Part shown: one piece after another, positions 42,772 through 52,780 of the stretch
Numbering within the stretch: position 1 is the first letter of the stretch
How the letters are laid out: each line of letters starts with the position of its first letter
Origin: Escherichia coli
Lineage (GTDB): Bacteria > Pseudomonadota > Gammaproteobacteria > Enterobacterales > Enterobacteriaceae
DNA: 64,000 nt
NCBI RefSeq assembly: GCF_022846255.1
Contig: NZ_AP025682.1
Direction: 5' to 3' (one strand)
Notes under the pieces: model-generated
Told to the model about the DNA's origin: nothing
Seen by the model: only the letters and a program-made list of their open reading frames with translations
The model's database searches: none
Made by a program: the position numbers and the translations under genes

Positions 42772-43365
42772 TCACTCCTTGAGAAGAGTTTTTATCGCTT
42801 CCCCCGCCATGGCAGCTGTTGCACAGAGTTGTTCGATGGAGTGCCCCTCCCGTGCCTTCGCAGAAAGCCCTGACATCACGGTACTCATAAAATCAGTCAC
42901 ACATTGTGCGCTTTGTGGATGCCGCCTGGCGATATAGTCATAAATGGTCGTTTCTGCGGCGTGATAATATTGAACGGCAATATCACGCGCTTGTGGATCA
43001 TGACTATGAATACCTTCAAGAACCATACAGCCAGCGCAGCCGCCGTTTTGGCTATATCTGCGCGCCGCTTCTTTTAATACCTCAACCAGGCACTCGCCTA
43101 CCGGACGATCATCACGAAGAATATCGGCAAGCGGAATAGCTTCCGTACCGACATATTCATTGAGTACACGGCTAAATAACCCAGCCTTACTGCCAAAAGC
43201 CGCGTAGAGGCTCGGGGGGTTAATACCAAGATAATCAGTAACTTCAGCAACACTGACAGCATCGAAACCTTTTTGGTGAAAAAGCACTTTTGCCGCAGAG
43301 ACTGCCTGCTCAGGAGCGAAACGTCTGGGACGACCTGGAACGCGAGATTGTTTTTTAGTGACCAT
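42772..43365 (-). CDS. bdcR: TetR-family transcriptional regulator BdcR (YjgJ)
   Basis: TetR HTH (FHQKGFDAVSVAEVTDYLGINPPSLYAAFGSK). Divergent from bdcA. Confidence 0.9.
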   Translation of the reverse strand: MVTKKQSRVPGRPRRFAPEQAVSAAKVLFHQKGFDAVSVAEVTDYLGINPPSLYAAFGSKAGLFSRVLNEYVGTEAIPLADILRDDRPVGECLVEVLKEAARRYSQNGGCAGCMVLEGIHSHDPQARDIAVQYYHAAETTIYDYIARRHPQSAQCVTDFMSTVMSGLSAKAREGHSIEQLCATAAMAGEAIKTLLKE

Positions 43366-43435
43366 TACAAAACTTGTTGACAGAAAGTTAAAACAGTTTT
43401 GTAATGCATGTTACATAATAAATCAAGGAGTCCTT

Positions 43436-44149
43436 ATGGGCGCTTTTACAGGTAAGACAGTTCTCATCCTCGGTGGTAGCCGTGGAATCGGTGCCGCTAT
43501 CGTACGTCGTTTCGTCACCGATGGAGCCAATGTACGATTCACCTATGCGGGGTCGAAAGATGCCGCTGAACGCCTGGCACATGAGACTGGAGCGACAGCA
43601 GTATTCACAGATAGTGCTGACAGAGACGCTGTTATTGATGTCGTTCGTAAGAGCGGCGCATTGGATATCCTGGTGGTAAATGCAGGTATTGGCGTCTTTG
43701 GCGATGCCCTGGAATTAAATGCCGACGATATTGATCGCCTTTTCAAAATCAATATTCATGCTCCTTATCATGCCTCTGTTGAAGCCGCCCGGCAGATGCC
43801 CGAAGGCGGGCGTATCTTAATCATCGGCTCCGTGAATGGCGATCGTATGCCTGTTGCAGGCATGGCTGCTTATGCCGCCAGTAAATCTGCCCTGCAAGGC
43901 ATGGCGCGCGGGCTGGCCCGTGATTTTGGACCGCGTGCGATCACCATTAACGTCGTCCAGCCAGGACCAATTGATACCGACGCTAATCCCGCCAACGGGC
44001 CAATGCGCGATATGTTGCATAGTTTTATGGCCATCAAAAGACATGGGCAACCGGAAGAGGTCGCTGGTATGGTCGCATGGTTAGCAGGGCCAGAAGCCAG
44101 TTTTGTTACCGGCGCGATGCATACCATTGATGGCGCATTTGGCGCATAA
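43436..44149 (+). CDS. bdcA: SDR-family protein BdcA (YjgI), c-di-GMP-binding biofilm dispersal mediator
   Basis: Start at internal ATG (MGAFTGKTVLILGGSRGIG). SDR motifs NAG and YAASK. Confidence 0.9.
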   Translation: MGAFTGKTVLILGGSRGIGAAIVRRFVTDGANVRFTYAGSKDAAERLAHETGATAVFTDSADRDAVIDVVRKSGALDILVVNAGIGVFGDALELNADDIDRLFKINIHAPYHASVEAARQMPEGGRILIIGSVNGDRMPVAGMAAYAASKSALQGMARGLARDFGPRAITINVVQPGPIDTDANPANGPMRDMLHSFMAIKRHGQPEEVAGMVAWLAGPEASFVTGAMHTIDGAFGA

Positions 44150-44280
44150 CCGGCTACGCTCAATTAAGCCCAGCCATTATCCATGATGTCTGGGTTTTGT
44201 TTACTCACGTCGTCCCCCTAAAAGCGGCTCCCGGTAAATATAAATCTTCTGTTCATGTCGTAAATCTTGAGGATAACCAA

Positions 44281-44676
44281 ATGGTAGAAAGAACCGCTGT
44301 TTTCCCTGCTGGCCGACATTCACTGTATGCTGAGCATCGTTATTCTGCGGCTATTCGTTCCGGCGATTTGCTGTTTGTTTCCGGGCAAGTAGGAAGTCGA
44401 GAGGACGGAACACCAGAACCCGATTTTCAGCAACAAGTCAGACTGGCATTTGATAATTTGCATGCGACCCTGGCTGCTGCGGGATGCACTTTTGACGATA
44501 TCATTGATGTTACGAGCTTTCATACCGATCCAGAAAAACAATTTGAAGACATCATGACGGTGAAAAATGAAATATTTAGCGCCCCACCTTATCCAAACTG
44601 GACGGCGGTGGGTGTTACCTGGCTGGCTGGCTTTGATTTTGAAATTAAAGTAATAGCGCGCATCCCTGAGCTGTAA
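44281..44676 (+). CDS. yjgH: RidA/YjgF-family protein YjgH
   Basis: Start at internal ATG (MVERTAVFPAG...). About 131 aa. Confidence 0.85.
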   Translation: MVERTAVFPAGRHSLYAEHRYSAAIRSGDLLFVSGQVGSREDGTPEPDFQQQVRLAFDNLHATLAAAGCTFDDIIDVTSFHTDPEKQFEDIMTVKNEIFSAPPYPNWTAVGVTWLAGFDFEIKVIARIPEL

Positions 44677-44956
44677 GCAATAGTGTTAGCCGTGAGTTTT
44701 CACGCTCCGCCCTATAAGTCGGATGAATGGAATAAAATGCATATCGGATTGGGTGAAAGTGAAAAAGAAAAAAGCAGGAAATGTCTGCAATTATTGATAC
44801 CGAACGACCATTCCCCTCCAGAACCATAGAAAATAAAAATGCACATACTTTGACTTTTAATTCAAATAAACCGTTTGCGCTGACAAAATATTGCATCAAA
44901 TGCTTGCACCGCTTCTGGCTATGAGTATAATGCCGGACAATTTGCCGGGAGGATGT

Positions 44957-45091
44957 ATGGTTCAGTGTGTTCGACATTTTGTCTTACCGCGTCTGAAAAA
45001 AGACGCTGGCCTGCCGTTTTTCTTCCCGTTGATCACCCATTCCCAGCCCCTCAATCGAGGGGCTTTTTTTTGCCCAGGCGTCAGGAGATAA
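44957..45091 (+). CDS. pyrL: pyrBI operon leader peptide PyrL
   Basis: 44-aa leader MVQCVRHFVLPRLKKDAGLPFFFPLITHSQPLNRGAFFCPGVRR, ending 3 nt before pyrB and spanning the attenuator. Confidence 0.85.
   Translation: MVQCVRHFVLPRLKKDAGLPFFFPLITHSQPLNRGAFFCPGVRR
45046..45072 (+). terminator. pyrBI transcription attenuator (hairpin + U8 tract)
   Basis: agcccctcaatcgaggggct followed by tttttttt inside the leader. Confidence 0.8.
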
Positions 45092-45094
45092 AAG

Positions 45095-46030
45095 ATGGCT
45101 AATCCGCTATATCAGAAACATATCATTTCCATAAACGACCTTAGTCGCGATGACCTTAATCTGGTGCTGGCGACAGCGGCGAAACTGAAAGCAAACCCGC
45201 AACCAGAGCTGTTGAAGCACAAAGTCATTGCCAGCTGTTTCTTCGAAGCCTCTACCCGTACCCGCCTCTCTTTCGAAACTTCCATGCACCGCCTGGGTGC
45301 CAGCGTGGTGGGCTTCTCCGACAGCGCCAATACATCACTGGGTAAAAAAGGCGAAACGCTGGCCGATACCATTTCGGTTATCAGCACTTACGTCGATGCG
45401 ATAGTGATGCGTCATCCGCAAGAAGGTGCGGCGCGCCTGGCCACCGAATTTTCTGGCAATGTACCGGTACTGAATGCCGGTGATGGCTCCAACCAACATC
45501 CGACACAAACCTTGCTGGACTTGTTCACCATTCAGGAAACCCAGGGGCGGCTGGAAAATCTGCACATTGCGATGGTCGGTGACCTCAAATATGGCCGCAC
45601 CGTTCACTCCCTGACTCAGGCGCTAGCGAAGTTCGACGGCAACCGTTTTTACTTCATCGCGCCGGACGCGCTGTCAATGCCGCAATACATTCTGGATATG
45701 CTTGATGAAAAAGGGATCGCCTGGAGTCTGCACAGCTCTATTGAAGAAGTGATGGCGGAAGTAGACATCCTGTATATGACCCGCGTGCAAAAAGAGCGCC
45801 TGGACCCGTCCGAGTACGCCAACGTGAAAGCGCAGTTTGTTCTTCGCGCCAGCGATCTCCACAACGCCAAAGCCAATATGAAAGTGCTGCATCCGCTGCC
45901 GCGTGTTGATGAGATTGCGACGGATGTGGATAAAACGCCTCACGCCTGGTACTTCCAGCAAGCAGGCAACGGGATTTTCGCTCGCCAGGCGTTACTGGCA
46001 CTGGTTCTGAATCGCGATCTGGTACTGTAA
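45095..46030 (+). CDS. pyrB: Aspartate carbamoyltransferase catalytic subunit PyrB
   Basis: STRTR and HPTQ motifs. 311 aa. Confidence 0.95.
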   Translation: MANPLYQKHIISINDLSRDDLNLVLATAAKLKANPQPELLKHKVIASCFFEASTRTRLSFETSMHRLGASVVGFSDSANTSLGKKGETLADTISVISTYVDAIVMRHPQEGAARLATEFSGNVPVLNAGDGSNQHPTQTLLDLFTIQETQGRLENLHIAMVGDLKYGRTVHSLTQALAKFDGNRFYFIAPDALSMPQYILDMLDEKGIAWSLHSSIEEVMAEVDILYMTRVQKERLDPSEYANVKAQFVLRASDLHNAKANMKVLHPLPRVDEIATDVDKTPHAWYFQQAGNGIFARQALLALVLNRDLVL

Positions 46031-46042
46031 GGGGAAATAGAG

Positions 46043-46504
46043 ATGACACACGATAATAAATTGCAGGTTGAAGCTATTAAACGCGGCACGGTAATTGACC
46101 ATATCCCCGCCCAGATCGGTTTTAAGCTGTTGAGTCTGTTCAAGTTGACCGAAACAGATCAGCGCATCACCATTGGTCTGAATTTGCCTTCTGGCGAGAT
46201 GGGGCGCAAGGATCTGATCAAAATCGAAAATACCTTTTTAAGTGAGGATCAGGTTGATCAGCTGGCGTTATATGCACCGCAAGCCACGGTTAACCGTATC
46301 GACAACTATGAAGTGGTTGGCAAATCGCGCCCCAGTCTGCCAGAGCACATCGACAATGTGCTGGTCTGCCCGAACAGCAACTGTATCAGCCATGCCGAAC
46401 CGGTTTCATCCAGCTTTGCCGTGCGAAAACGCGCCAATGATATCGCGCTCAAATGCAAATACTGTGAAAAAGAGTTTTCTCATAATGTGGTGCTGGCCAA
46501 TTAA
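46043..46504 (+). CDS. pyrI: Aspartate carbamoyltransferase regulatory subunit PyrI
   Basis: 153 aa with C-terminal zinc-binding Cys cluster (CPNSNC...CKYC). Confidence 0.95.
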   Translation: MTHDNKLQVEAIKRGTVIDHIPAQIGFKLLSLFKLTETDQRITIGLNLPSGEMGRKDLIKIENTFLSEDQVDQLALYAPQATVNRIDNYEVVGKSRPSLPEHIDNVLVCPNSNCISHAEPVSSSFAVRKRANDIALKCKYCEKEFSHNVVLAN

Positions 46505-46576
46505 TTGCGGTTGGTAATAAAAGTCTGGCTCCCTATAATGAGCCAGACTTTTTACCGCTGTAATAAAGGAGAAATC

Positions 46577-46963
46577 ATGAGCAAAACTATCGCGACGGAA
46601 AATGCACCGGCAGCTATCGGTCCTTACGTGCAGGGCGTTGATCTGGGCAATATGATTATCACTTCCGGTCAGATCCCGGTAAACCCGAAAACGGGCGAAG
46701 TCCCGGCAGATGTCGCTGCACAGGCGCGTCAGTCGCTGGATAACGTAAAAGCGATCGTCGAAGCCGCTGGCCTGAAAGTGGGCGATATCGTTAAAACCAC
46801 CGTGTTTGTGAAAGATCTGAACGACTTCGCAACCGTTAATGCTACCTACGAAGCCTTCTTCACCGAACACAACGCCACCTTCCCGGCACGTTCTTGCGTT
46901 GAAGTTGCCCGTCTGCCGAAAGACGTGAAGATTGAGATCGAAGCGATCGCTGTTCGTCGCTAA
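46577..46963 (+). CDS. ridA: Enamine/imine deaminase RidA (YjgF)
   Basis: Start at internal ATG (MSKTIATENAPAAIGPY...). 128 aa. Confidence 0.9.
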   Translation: MSKTIATENAPAAIGPYVQGVDLGNMIITSGQIPVNPKTGEVPADVAAQARQSLDNVKAIVEAAGLKVGDIVKTTVFVKDLNDFATVNATYEAFFTEHNATFPARSCVEVARLPKDVKIEIEAIAVRR

Positions 46964-47024
46964 TCTTGATGGAAATCCGGGCTATCATGCCCGGATTAAG
47001 TCTAATGACAAACGCAAAATTGCC

Positions 47025-47115
47025 TGATGCGCTACGCTTATCAGGCCTACGTGATTCCTGCAATTTATTGAATTTGTAGGCCTGATAAGGCATTTACGCC
47101 GCATCCGGCATGAAC
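47025..47115. repeat. REP elements
   Basis: gcctgatgcgctacgcttatcaggcctac / gtaggcctgataaggc palindromic units. Confidence 0.7.
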
Positions 47116-47168
47116 AAAGCTCACTTTGTCTGCAATCTGATTCCGGGCCACCATGCCCAGTTTATTCT

Positions 47169-49865
47169 TTACTGCCAACCGTAACGACGGCTATAGAACC
47201 CTTTCACCAACTGGGTTAACGTCATATACCCTGCCAGAATCGCAACCAGCCACGGGAAATAGCTTAACGGCAGCGCCTGCAGCTGCAGATAACTGGCCAG
47301 CGGTGAAAACGGCAATGCGATCCCGACAATCATCACGATCACGGTCATAATCATTAACGGCCACGATGCACAGCTCTGAATAAACGGTACACGACGGGTG
47401 CGGATCATATGCACAATCAGCGTTTGCGACAGTAAGCCCACCACAAACCAGCCCGACTGGAACAGCGTTTGCGTTTCCGGCGTGTTGGCATGGAATACCC
47501 ACCACATCAGGCAAAACGTCAGAATATCGAAAATCGAGCTGATCGGTCCGAAGAAGACCATAAAGCGCCCCAGATCCGCCGGATTCCAACGCTGCGGCTT
47601 TTGAATTTGCTCGTCGTCGACGTTATCAAATGGGATCGCCACCTGTGACACATCGTATAGCAGATTTTGAATAAGCAAGTGTAGCGGCAACATCGGCAGG
47701 AAGGGCAAGAAAGCACTCGCCACCAGCACGCTGAACACATTACCGAAGTTAGAGCTCGCCGTCATTTTGATGTATTTCAGCATGTTGGCGAAAGTGCGAC
47801 GTCCCTCAATAACCCCCTCTTCCAGCACCATCAGGCTTTTTTCCAGCAGGATGATATCAGCCGCTTCACGGGCAATATCTACCGCGCCGTCCACAGAAAT
47901 GCCGATATCCGCAGCGCGTAAGGCGGGCGCATCATTAATACCATCGCCCATAAAGCCAACCACATGCCCTTCGCGCTTCAGCAACGTTACGATGCGTTCT
48001 TTATGCATCGGCGTCAGACGAGCAAACAGCGTGGTGCGCTGTGCGAGATTTGCCAGTTCGTCGTCAGATAGCGTTTCAATATCACTACCAATGACCACCT
48101 CTCCCGCGTCCAGCCCCACTTCATGGCACACTTTCGCTGCAACTAACTCACTGTCGCCAGTAAGGATTTTTACGGTAATTCCACTCGCTTTTAATGCCTT
48201 CAGTGCCGGAGCGGTTGTCTCTTTTGGCGGATCAAGGAAAGCAATATATCCTTCGAGGATCAGGTCGGATTCATCCGCCCGCTGGTAATCTCCTTCACGC
48301 GCTGGCAGGTATTTCGTCGCCACCGCAACCACGCGCAGCCCCTGACGATTCAGCGTATCAGTAACCCGCTTAATCTTACGCAGCATGGTGTCATCGAGCG
48401 GTACAATCTCGCCATTGTGACGCACTTGCGAACACACATTGAGGATTTCCTGCAATGCGCCTTTGCAAACCAACTGATGGTGTTCGGTATTTTCTGCCAC
48501 AACCACCGACATCCGACGACGCTCGAAATCAAACGGAATCTCATCAATTTTTTGCCAACGGCTGGCCAGCGAGCGCGCTGACTCTTCATCCGTACCTTCG
48601 AGCACCGCTGTATCAAGCAGGTTTTTAAGCCCGGTCTGGTAATGGCTGTTCAACCACGCGCTATGCAGCACGCGTTCGCTAGTTTTACCGGAGATATCGG
48701 TATGATTCTCCAGCACAATTTTATCCTGTGTCAGGGTGCCGGTTTTATCAGTGCACAGAATATCCATTGCGCCAAAGTTCTGAATGGCATCCAGATGTTT
48801 GACGATCACTTTCTGTTTCGACAACTTGACTGCGCCACGCGCCAGCGTCGAGGTAACAATCATCGGCAACATTTCTGGCGTTAAGCCTACCGCGACCGAA
48901 AGCGCAAACAGTGCCGCTTCCCACCAGTCACCTTTGGTGTAACCGTTGATAAGCAACACCACCGGAGCCATCACCAGCATAAAGCGAATCAGCAGCATAC
49001 TGACGCGGCTAATCCCTTGCTGAAAGGCATTCGGCTCGCTTTCCTGCTCACTAACACGCCCCGCCAGTTGACCAAACCAGGTATTGGCACCTGTGGCAAT
49101 CACCATTGCTTGTGCCGTGCCGCTCACCACGGTGGTGCCCATAAAACACAGGGTGTCGCACTCCAGCGGATTGCTGTGCTCCGGCTGGCGAGTGGTAGCG
49201 GCTTTTTCCACGGGCAGAGACTCACCGGTTAACGACGCCTGAGCGACAAACAGATCCCGCGCCTGCAAGATACGTAAATCTGCCGGGATCATATCCCCCG
49301 CCGCCAGTTTTATAATATCGCCGGGCACCAGTTGGTCTATCGGGATTTCCAGCCAGCCATTTTCACCTTTATCGTTAATTACGCGCAGTACCGTCGCGGT
49401 ATTACTGACCATCGCTTTCAGGGCATCTGCCGCTTTGGTGGAACGAGCTTCCTGAATAAAGTTCAGCAACGTAGAAATAGCGACCATTAGCGCGATAACA
49501 CCTGCGGCAAATAAATCTTCCGTGGCGTAAGAAATAGCACCAAGAATGGTGAGCAAAATATTAAAGGGGTTGCGATAGCAGACCCATAAATGTACCCACC
49601 ACGGCGACGGTTGTTGTGCGGGTAATTTATTTTCACCATGTTGTTCGCGGGCAGATTCCACTTCCGCCAGATTTAACCCTTCCGGATGGGTGTCGAACGT
49701 TTTCCACAATTCTTCTTCGGGCATCACCGCCATTTTCAGGCAATGCGCACTTAAAGAAGGCGGGACCGCCGCATTCACTGTCTGCTGCGCGCCAGGCAAT
49801 GGATCACGATGAACCAGACGGGAAGGTAAATGGCGAATGAGCCGGGTAAAAATTTCTTTAAACAT
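47169..49865 (-). CDS. mgtA: Magnesium-importing P-type ATPase MgtA
   Basis: 898 aa. P-type ATPase motifs DKTGTLT and GDGINDAPAL. Confidence 0.95.
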   Translation of the reverse strand: MFKEIFTRLIRHLPSRLVHRDPLPGAQQTVNAAVPPSLSAHCLKMAVMPEEELWKTFDTHPEGLNLAEVESAREQHGENKLPAQQPSPWWVHLWVCYRNPFNILLTILGAISYATEDLFAAGVIALMVAISTLLNFIQEARSTKAADALKAMVSNTATVLRVINDKGENGWLEIPIDQLVPGDIIKLAAGDMIPADLRILQARDLFVAQASLTGESLPVEKAATTRQPEHSNPLECDTLCFMGTTVVSGTAQAMVIATGANTWFGQLAGRVSEQESEPNAFQQGISRVSMLLIRFMLVMAPVVLLINGYTKGDWWEAALFALSVAVGLTPEMLPMIVTSTLARGAVKLSKQKVIVKHLDAIQNFGAMDILCTDKTGTLTQDKIVLENHTDISGKTSERVLHSAWLNSHYQTGLKNLLDTAVLEGTDEESARSLASRWQKIDEIPFDFERRRMSVVVAENTEHHQLVCKGALQEILNVCSQVRHNGEIVPLDDTMLRKIKRVTDTLNRQGLRVVAVATKYLPAREGDYQRADESDLILEGYIAFLDPPKETTAPALKALKASGITVKILTGDSELVAAKVCHEVGLDAGEVVIGSDIETLSDDELANLAQRTTLFARLTPMHKERIVTLLKREGHVVGFMGDGINDAPALRAADIGISVDGAVDIAREAADIILLEKSLMVLEEGVIEGRRTFANMLKYIKMTASSNFGNVFSVLVASAFLPFLPMLPLHLLIQNLLYDVSQVAIPFDNVDDEQIQKPQRWNPADLGRFMVFFGPISSIFDILTFCLMWWVFHANTPETQTLFQSGWFVVGLLSQTLIVHMIRTRRVPFIQSCASWPLMIMTVIVMIVGIALPFSPLASYLQLQALPLSYFPWLVAILAGYMTLTQLVKGFYSRRYGWQ

Positions 49866-50130
49866 AAGGAGTCCCTCCGCACTGTCTGAAACAGTACAGA
49901 AATGTCTTCAGGCGTGGCGAAGCCTTACCTGAAGGTAATAAAGCTGAGCAGGGACGTTAAAACGTCACGGCCTTACGCATCCGGTAACGCCGTGAAAAGA
50001 CGGGCTTACCGGAAAAGTTTTAATCTCCGTCGAGGGAGAGGCGTGGGATCAGGTTCCATATAACCTCCGGTAAGTGAAAAAAGCGCCGCAAATAATAAGG
50101 AGAATCCAATAATATTCGTAGCATTTATGG
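49866..50130 (-). promoter_or_regulatory. mgtA 5' leader (Mg2+/proline-responsive leader region containing mgtL)
   Basis: Long untranslated leader upstream of mgtA containing the proline-rich leader ORF. Boundaries approximate. Confidence 0.55.
50006..50059 (-). CDS. mgtL: mgtA leader peptide MgtL (17 aa)
   Basis: [17 protein letters not shown] encoded on the - strand with ATG at 50057-50059; it is the C-terminal tail of the ORF-track entry 50006..50347. Confidence 0.85.
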
Positions 50131-50243
50131 CGATATAATACCTGCTGGCAACTAAACCAACGATAAACCAGACTTTACCCATTGCTGAATGCACAGGTAA
50201 AGTTAGGCTCAAATAATTAAACAACACGTTATGGGACAACAGG

Positions 50244-51191
50244 ATGCAAAATCGGCTGACCATCAAAGACATCGCGCGCTTAAGCGGCGTGGGGAAATCT
50301 ACGGTTTCCCGGGTGCTGAATAACGAAAGCGGCGTGAGCCAGCGCACGCGCGAGCGTGTTGAAGCAGTGATGAATCAGCATGGATTTTCCCCTTCCCGCT
50401 CTGCGCGCGCTATGCGTGGGCAAAGCGATAAAGTGGTCGCCATCATTGTTACCCGTCTGGATTCGTTGTCAGAAAATCTCGCCGTTCAAACCATGCTGCC
50501 AGCGTTCTATGAACAAGGTTACGATCCAATCATGATGGAAAGTCAGTTTTCCCCACAATTAGTTGCCGAACATTTGGGGGTGCTGAAACGGCGTAATATC
50601 GACGGCGTAGTGCTGTTCGGTTTTACCGGCATAACAGAAGAAATGTTAGCCCACTGGCAGTCATCGCTGGTTCTGCTGGCGCGTGACGCAAAAGGCTTTG
50701 CTTCGGTCTGTTATGACGACGAAGGGGCAATCAAGATCCTGATGCAACGGCTGTATGACCAGGGACATCGTAATATCAGCTATCTCGGCGTGCCGCACAG
50801 TGACGTGACGACCGGTAAGCGACGTCACGAAGCCTACCTGGCGTTCTGCAAAGCGCATAAACTGCATCCCGTTGCCGCTCTGCCAGGGCTTGCTATGAAG
50901 CAAGGCTATGAGAACGTAGCAAAAGTGATTACGCCTGAAACTACCGCGTTACTGTGCGCAACCGACACGCTGGCACTTGGCGCAAGTAAATACCTGCAAG
51001 AGCAACGCATCGACACCTTGCAACTGGCGAGCGTCGGTAATACACCGTTAATGAAATTCCTCCATCCGGAGATCGTCACCGTAGATCCCGGTTACGCCGA
51101 AGCTGGACGCCAGGCGGCCTGCCAGTTGATCGCGCAGGTCACCGGGCGCAGCGAACCGCAACAAATCATCATCCCCGCCACCCTGTCCTGA
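50244..51191 (+). CDS. treR: Trehalose operon repressor TreR (LacI family)
   Basis: HTH LTIKDIARLSGVGKSTVSRVLN. 315 aa. Confidence 0.95.
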   Translation: MQNRLTIKDIARLSGVGKSTVSRVLNNESGVSQRTRERVEAVMNQHGFSPSRSARAMRGQSDKVVAIIVTRLDSLSENLAVQTMLPAFYEQGYDPIMMESQFSPQLVAEHLGVLKRRNIDGVVLFGFTGITEEMLAHWQSSLVLLARDAKGFASVCYDDEGAIKILMQRLYDQGHRNISYLGVPHSDVTTGKRRHEAYLAFCKAHKLHPVAALPGLAMKQGYENVAKVITPETTALLCATDTLALGASKYLQEQRIDTLQLASVGNTPLMKFLHPEIVTVDPGYAEAGRQAACQLIAQVTGRSEPQQIIIPATLS

Positions 51192-51309
51192 TCGTTTCCC
51201 GAACGATAAATTGTGATCTTCGCTGTGTTTCGGGAACGTTCCCGTTTTTAAATTTTTCCGCGCAATATATTCTGCAGCCAACCAAAAATGTCATCTGCCA
51301 TGGGGCTTT

Positions 51310-52731
51310 ATGATGAGCAAAATAAACCAAACGGATATCGATCGGTTGATTGAAATGGTCGGCGGGCGCGGCAATATTGCGACGGTGAGCCACTGTATTA
51401 CTCGCCTGCGCTTTGTCCTCAACCAACCGGCCAATGCCAGACCGAAAGAAATTGAGCAACTCCCCATGGTGAAAGGCTGTTTCACCAATGCCGGGCAATT
51501 TCAGGTGGTGATTGGCACCAACGTGGGTGATTACTATCAAGCACTGATTGCGTCAACCGGACAGGCGCAGGTTGATAAAGAGCAGGTAAAAAAAGCCGCC
51601 CGGCAGAATATGAAATGGCATGAGCAGTTGATCTCTCATTTCGCGGAGATCTTCTTCCCATTGCTGCCCGCGTTGATTAGTGGTGGTTTGATCCTCGGTT
51701 TTCGCAATGTGATCGGCGATTTGCCCATGAGCAACGGTCAGACGCTGGCGCAAATGTACCCTTCCCTGCAAACGATCTACGATTTTCTGTGGTTGATCGG
51801 TGAAGCGATCTTCTTCTACCTGCCGGTCGGGATTTGCTGGTCAGCGGTGAAAAAAATGGGTGGTACACCGATCCTCGGTATCGTGCTTGGCGTAACGCTG
51901 GTTTCTCCACAGCTGATGAACGCTTATCTGCTCGGGCAGCAGCTGCCGGAAGTATGGGACTTTGGCATATTCAGCATCGCCAAAGTGGGCTATCAGGCGC
52001 AGGTCATCCCGGCACTGTTAGCCGGACTGGCGCTGGGCGTTATTGAAACTCGTCTTAAGCGCATCGTGCCGGATTACCTCTATCTGGTGGTGGTGCCCGT
52101 CTGTTCGCTGATCCTCGCGGTGTTCCTCGCCCATGCGCTGATTGGTCCGTTTGGTCGCATGATTGGCGATGGCGTTGCCTTTGCGGTACGTCACCTGATG
52201 ACCGGCAGCTTTGCTCCGATTGGCGCGGCATTGTTTGGCTTCCTGTACGCCCCGCTGGTGATCACCGGCGTACACCAGACCACGCTTGCTATTGATTTGC
52301 AGATGATTCAAAGCATGGGTGGCACGCCAGTGTGGCCGCTGATTGCGCTGTCGAATATTGCTCAGGGCTCCGCCGTGATAGGTATTATCATTTCCAGCCG
52401 CAAGCACAATGAACGCGAGATCTCCGTGCCTGCCGCTATCTCCGCCTGGCTTGGAGTCACTGAGCCTGCTATGTACGGCATCAACCTGAAATATCGCTTC
52501 CCGATGCTGTGCGCGATGATTGGTTCTGGTCTGGCAGGATTGCTATGCGGCCTGAACGGCGTTATGGCGAATGGCATCGGCGTAGGCGGCCTGCCGGGAA
52601 TTCTCTCGATTCAGCCGAGCTACTGGCAGGTGTTTGCGCTGGCAATGGCTATCGCCATCATCATCCCGATTGTACTCACCTCGTTTATCTATCAGCGGAA
52701 ATACCGCCTGGGCACGCTGGACATTGTTTAA
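51310..52731 (+). CDS. treB: PTS trehalose-specific EIIBC component TreB
   Basis: EIIB cysteine motif region (VSHCITRLRF) plus polytopic EIIC domain. Confidence 0.95.
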   Translation: MMSKINQTDIDRLIEMVGGRGNIATVSHCITRLRFVLNQPANARPKEIEQLPMVKGCFTNAGQFQVVIGTNVGDYYQALIASTGQAQVDKEQVKKAARQNMKWHEQLISHFAEIFFPLLPALISGGLILGFRNVIGDLPMSNGQTLAQMYPSLQTIYDFLWLIGEAIFFYLPVGICWSAVKKMGGTPILGIVLGVTLVSPQLMNAYLLGQQLPEVWDFGIFSIAKVGYQAQVIPALLAGLALGVIETRLKRIVPDYLYLVVVPVCSLILAVFLAHALIGPFGRMIGDGVAFAVRHLMTGSFAPIGAALFGFLYAPLVITGVHQTTLAIDLQMIQSMGGTPVWPLIALSNIAQGSAVIGIIISSRKHNEREISVPAAISAWLGVTEPAMYGINLKYRFPMLCAMIGSGLAGLLCGLNGVMANGIGVGGLPGILSIQPSYWQVFALAMAIAIIIPIVLTSFIYQRKYRLGTLDIV

Positions 52732-52780
52732 TTTTCTTCGGGGCGCAATTGCGCCCCCTCGCATTTGCAGGAATAACGTA

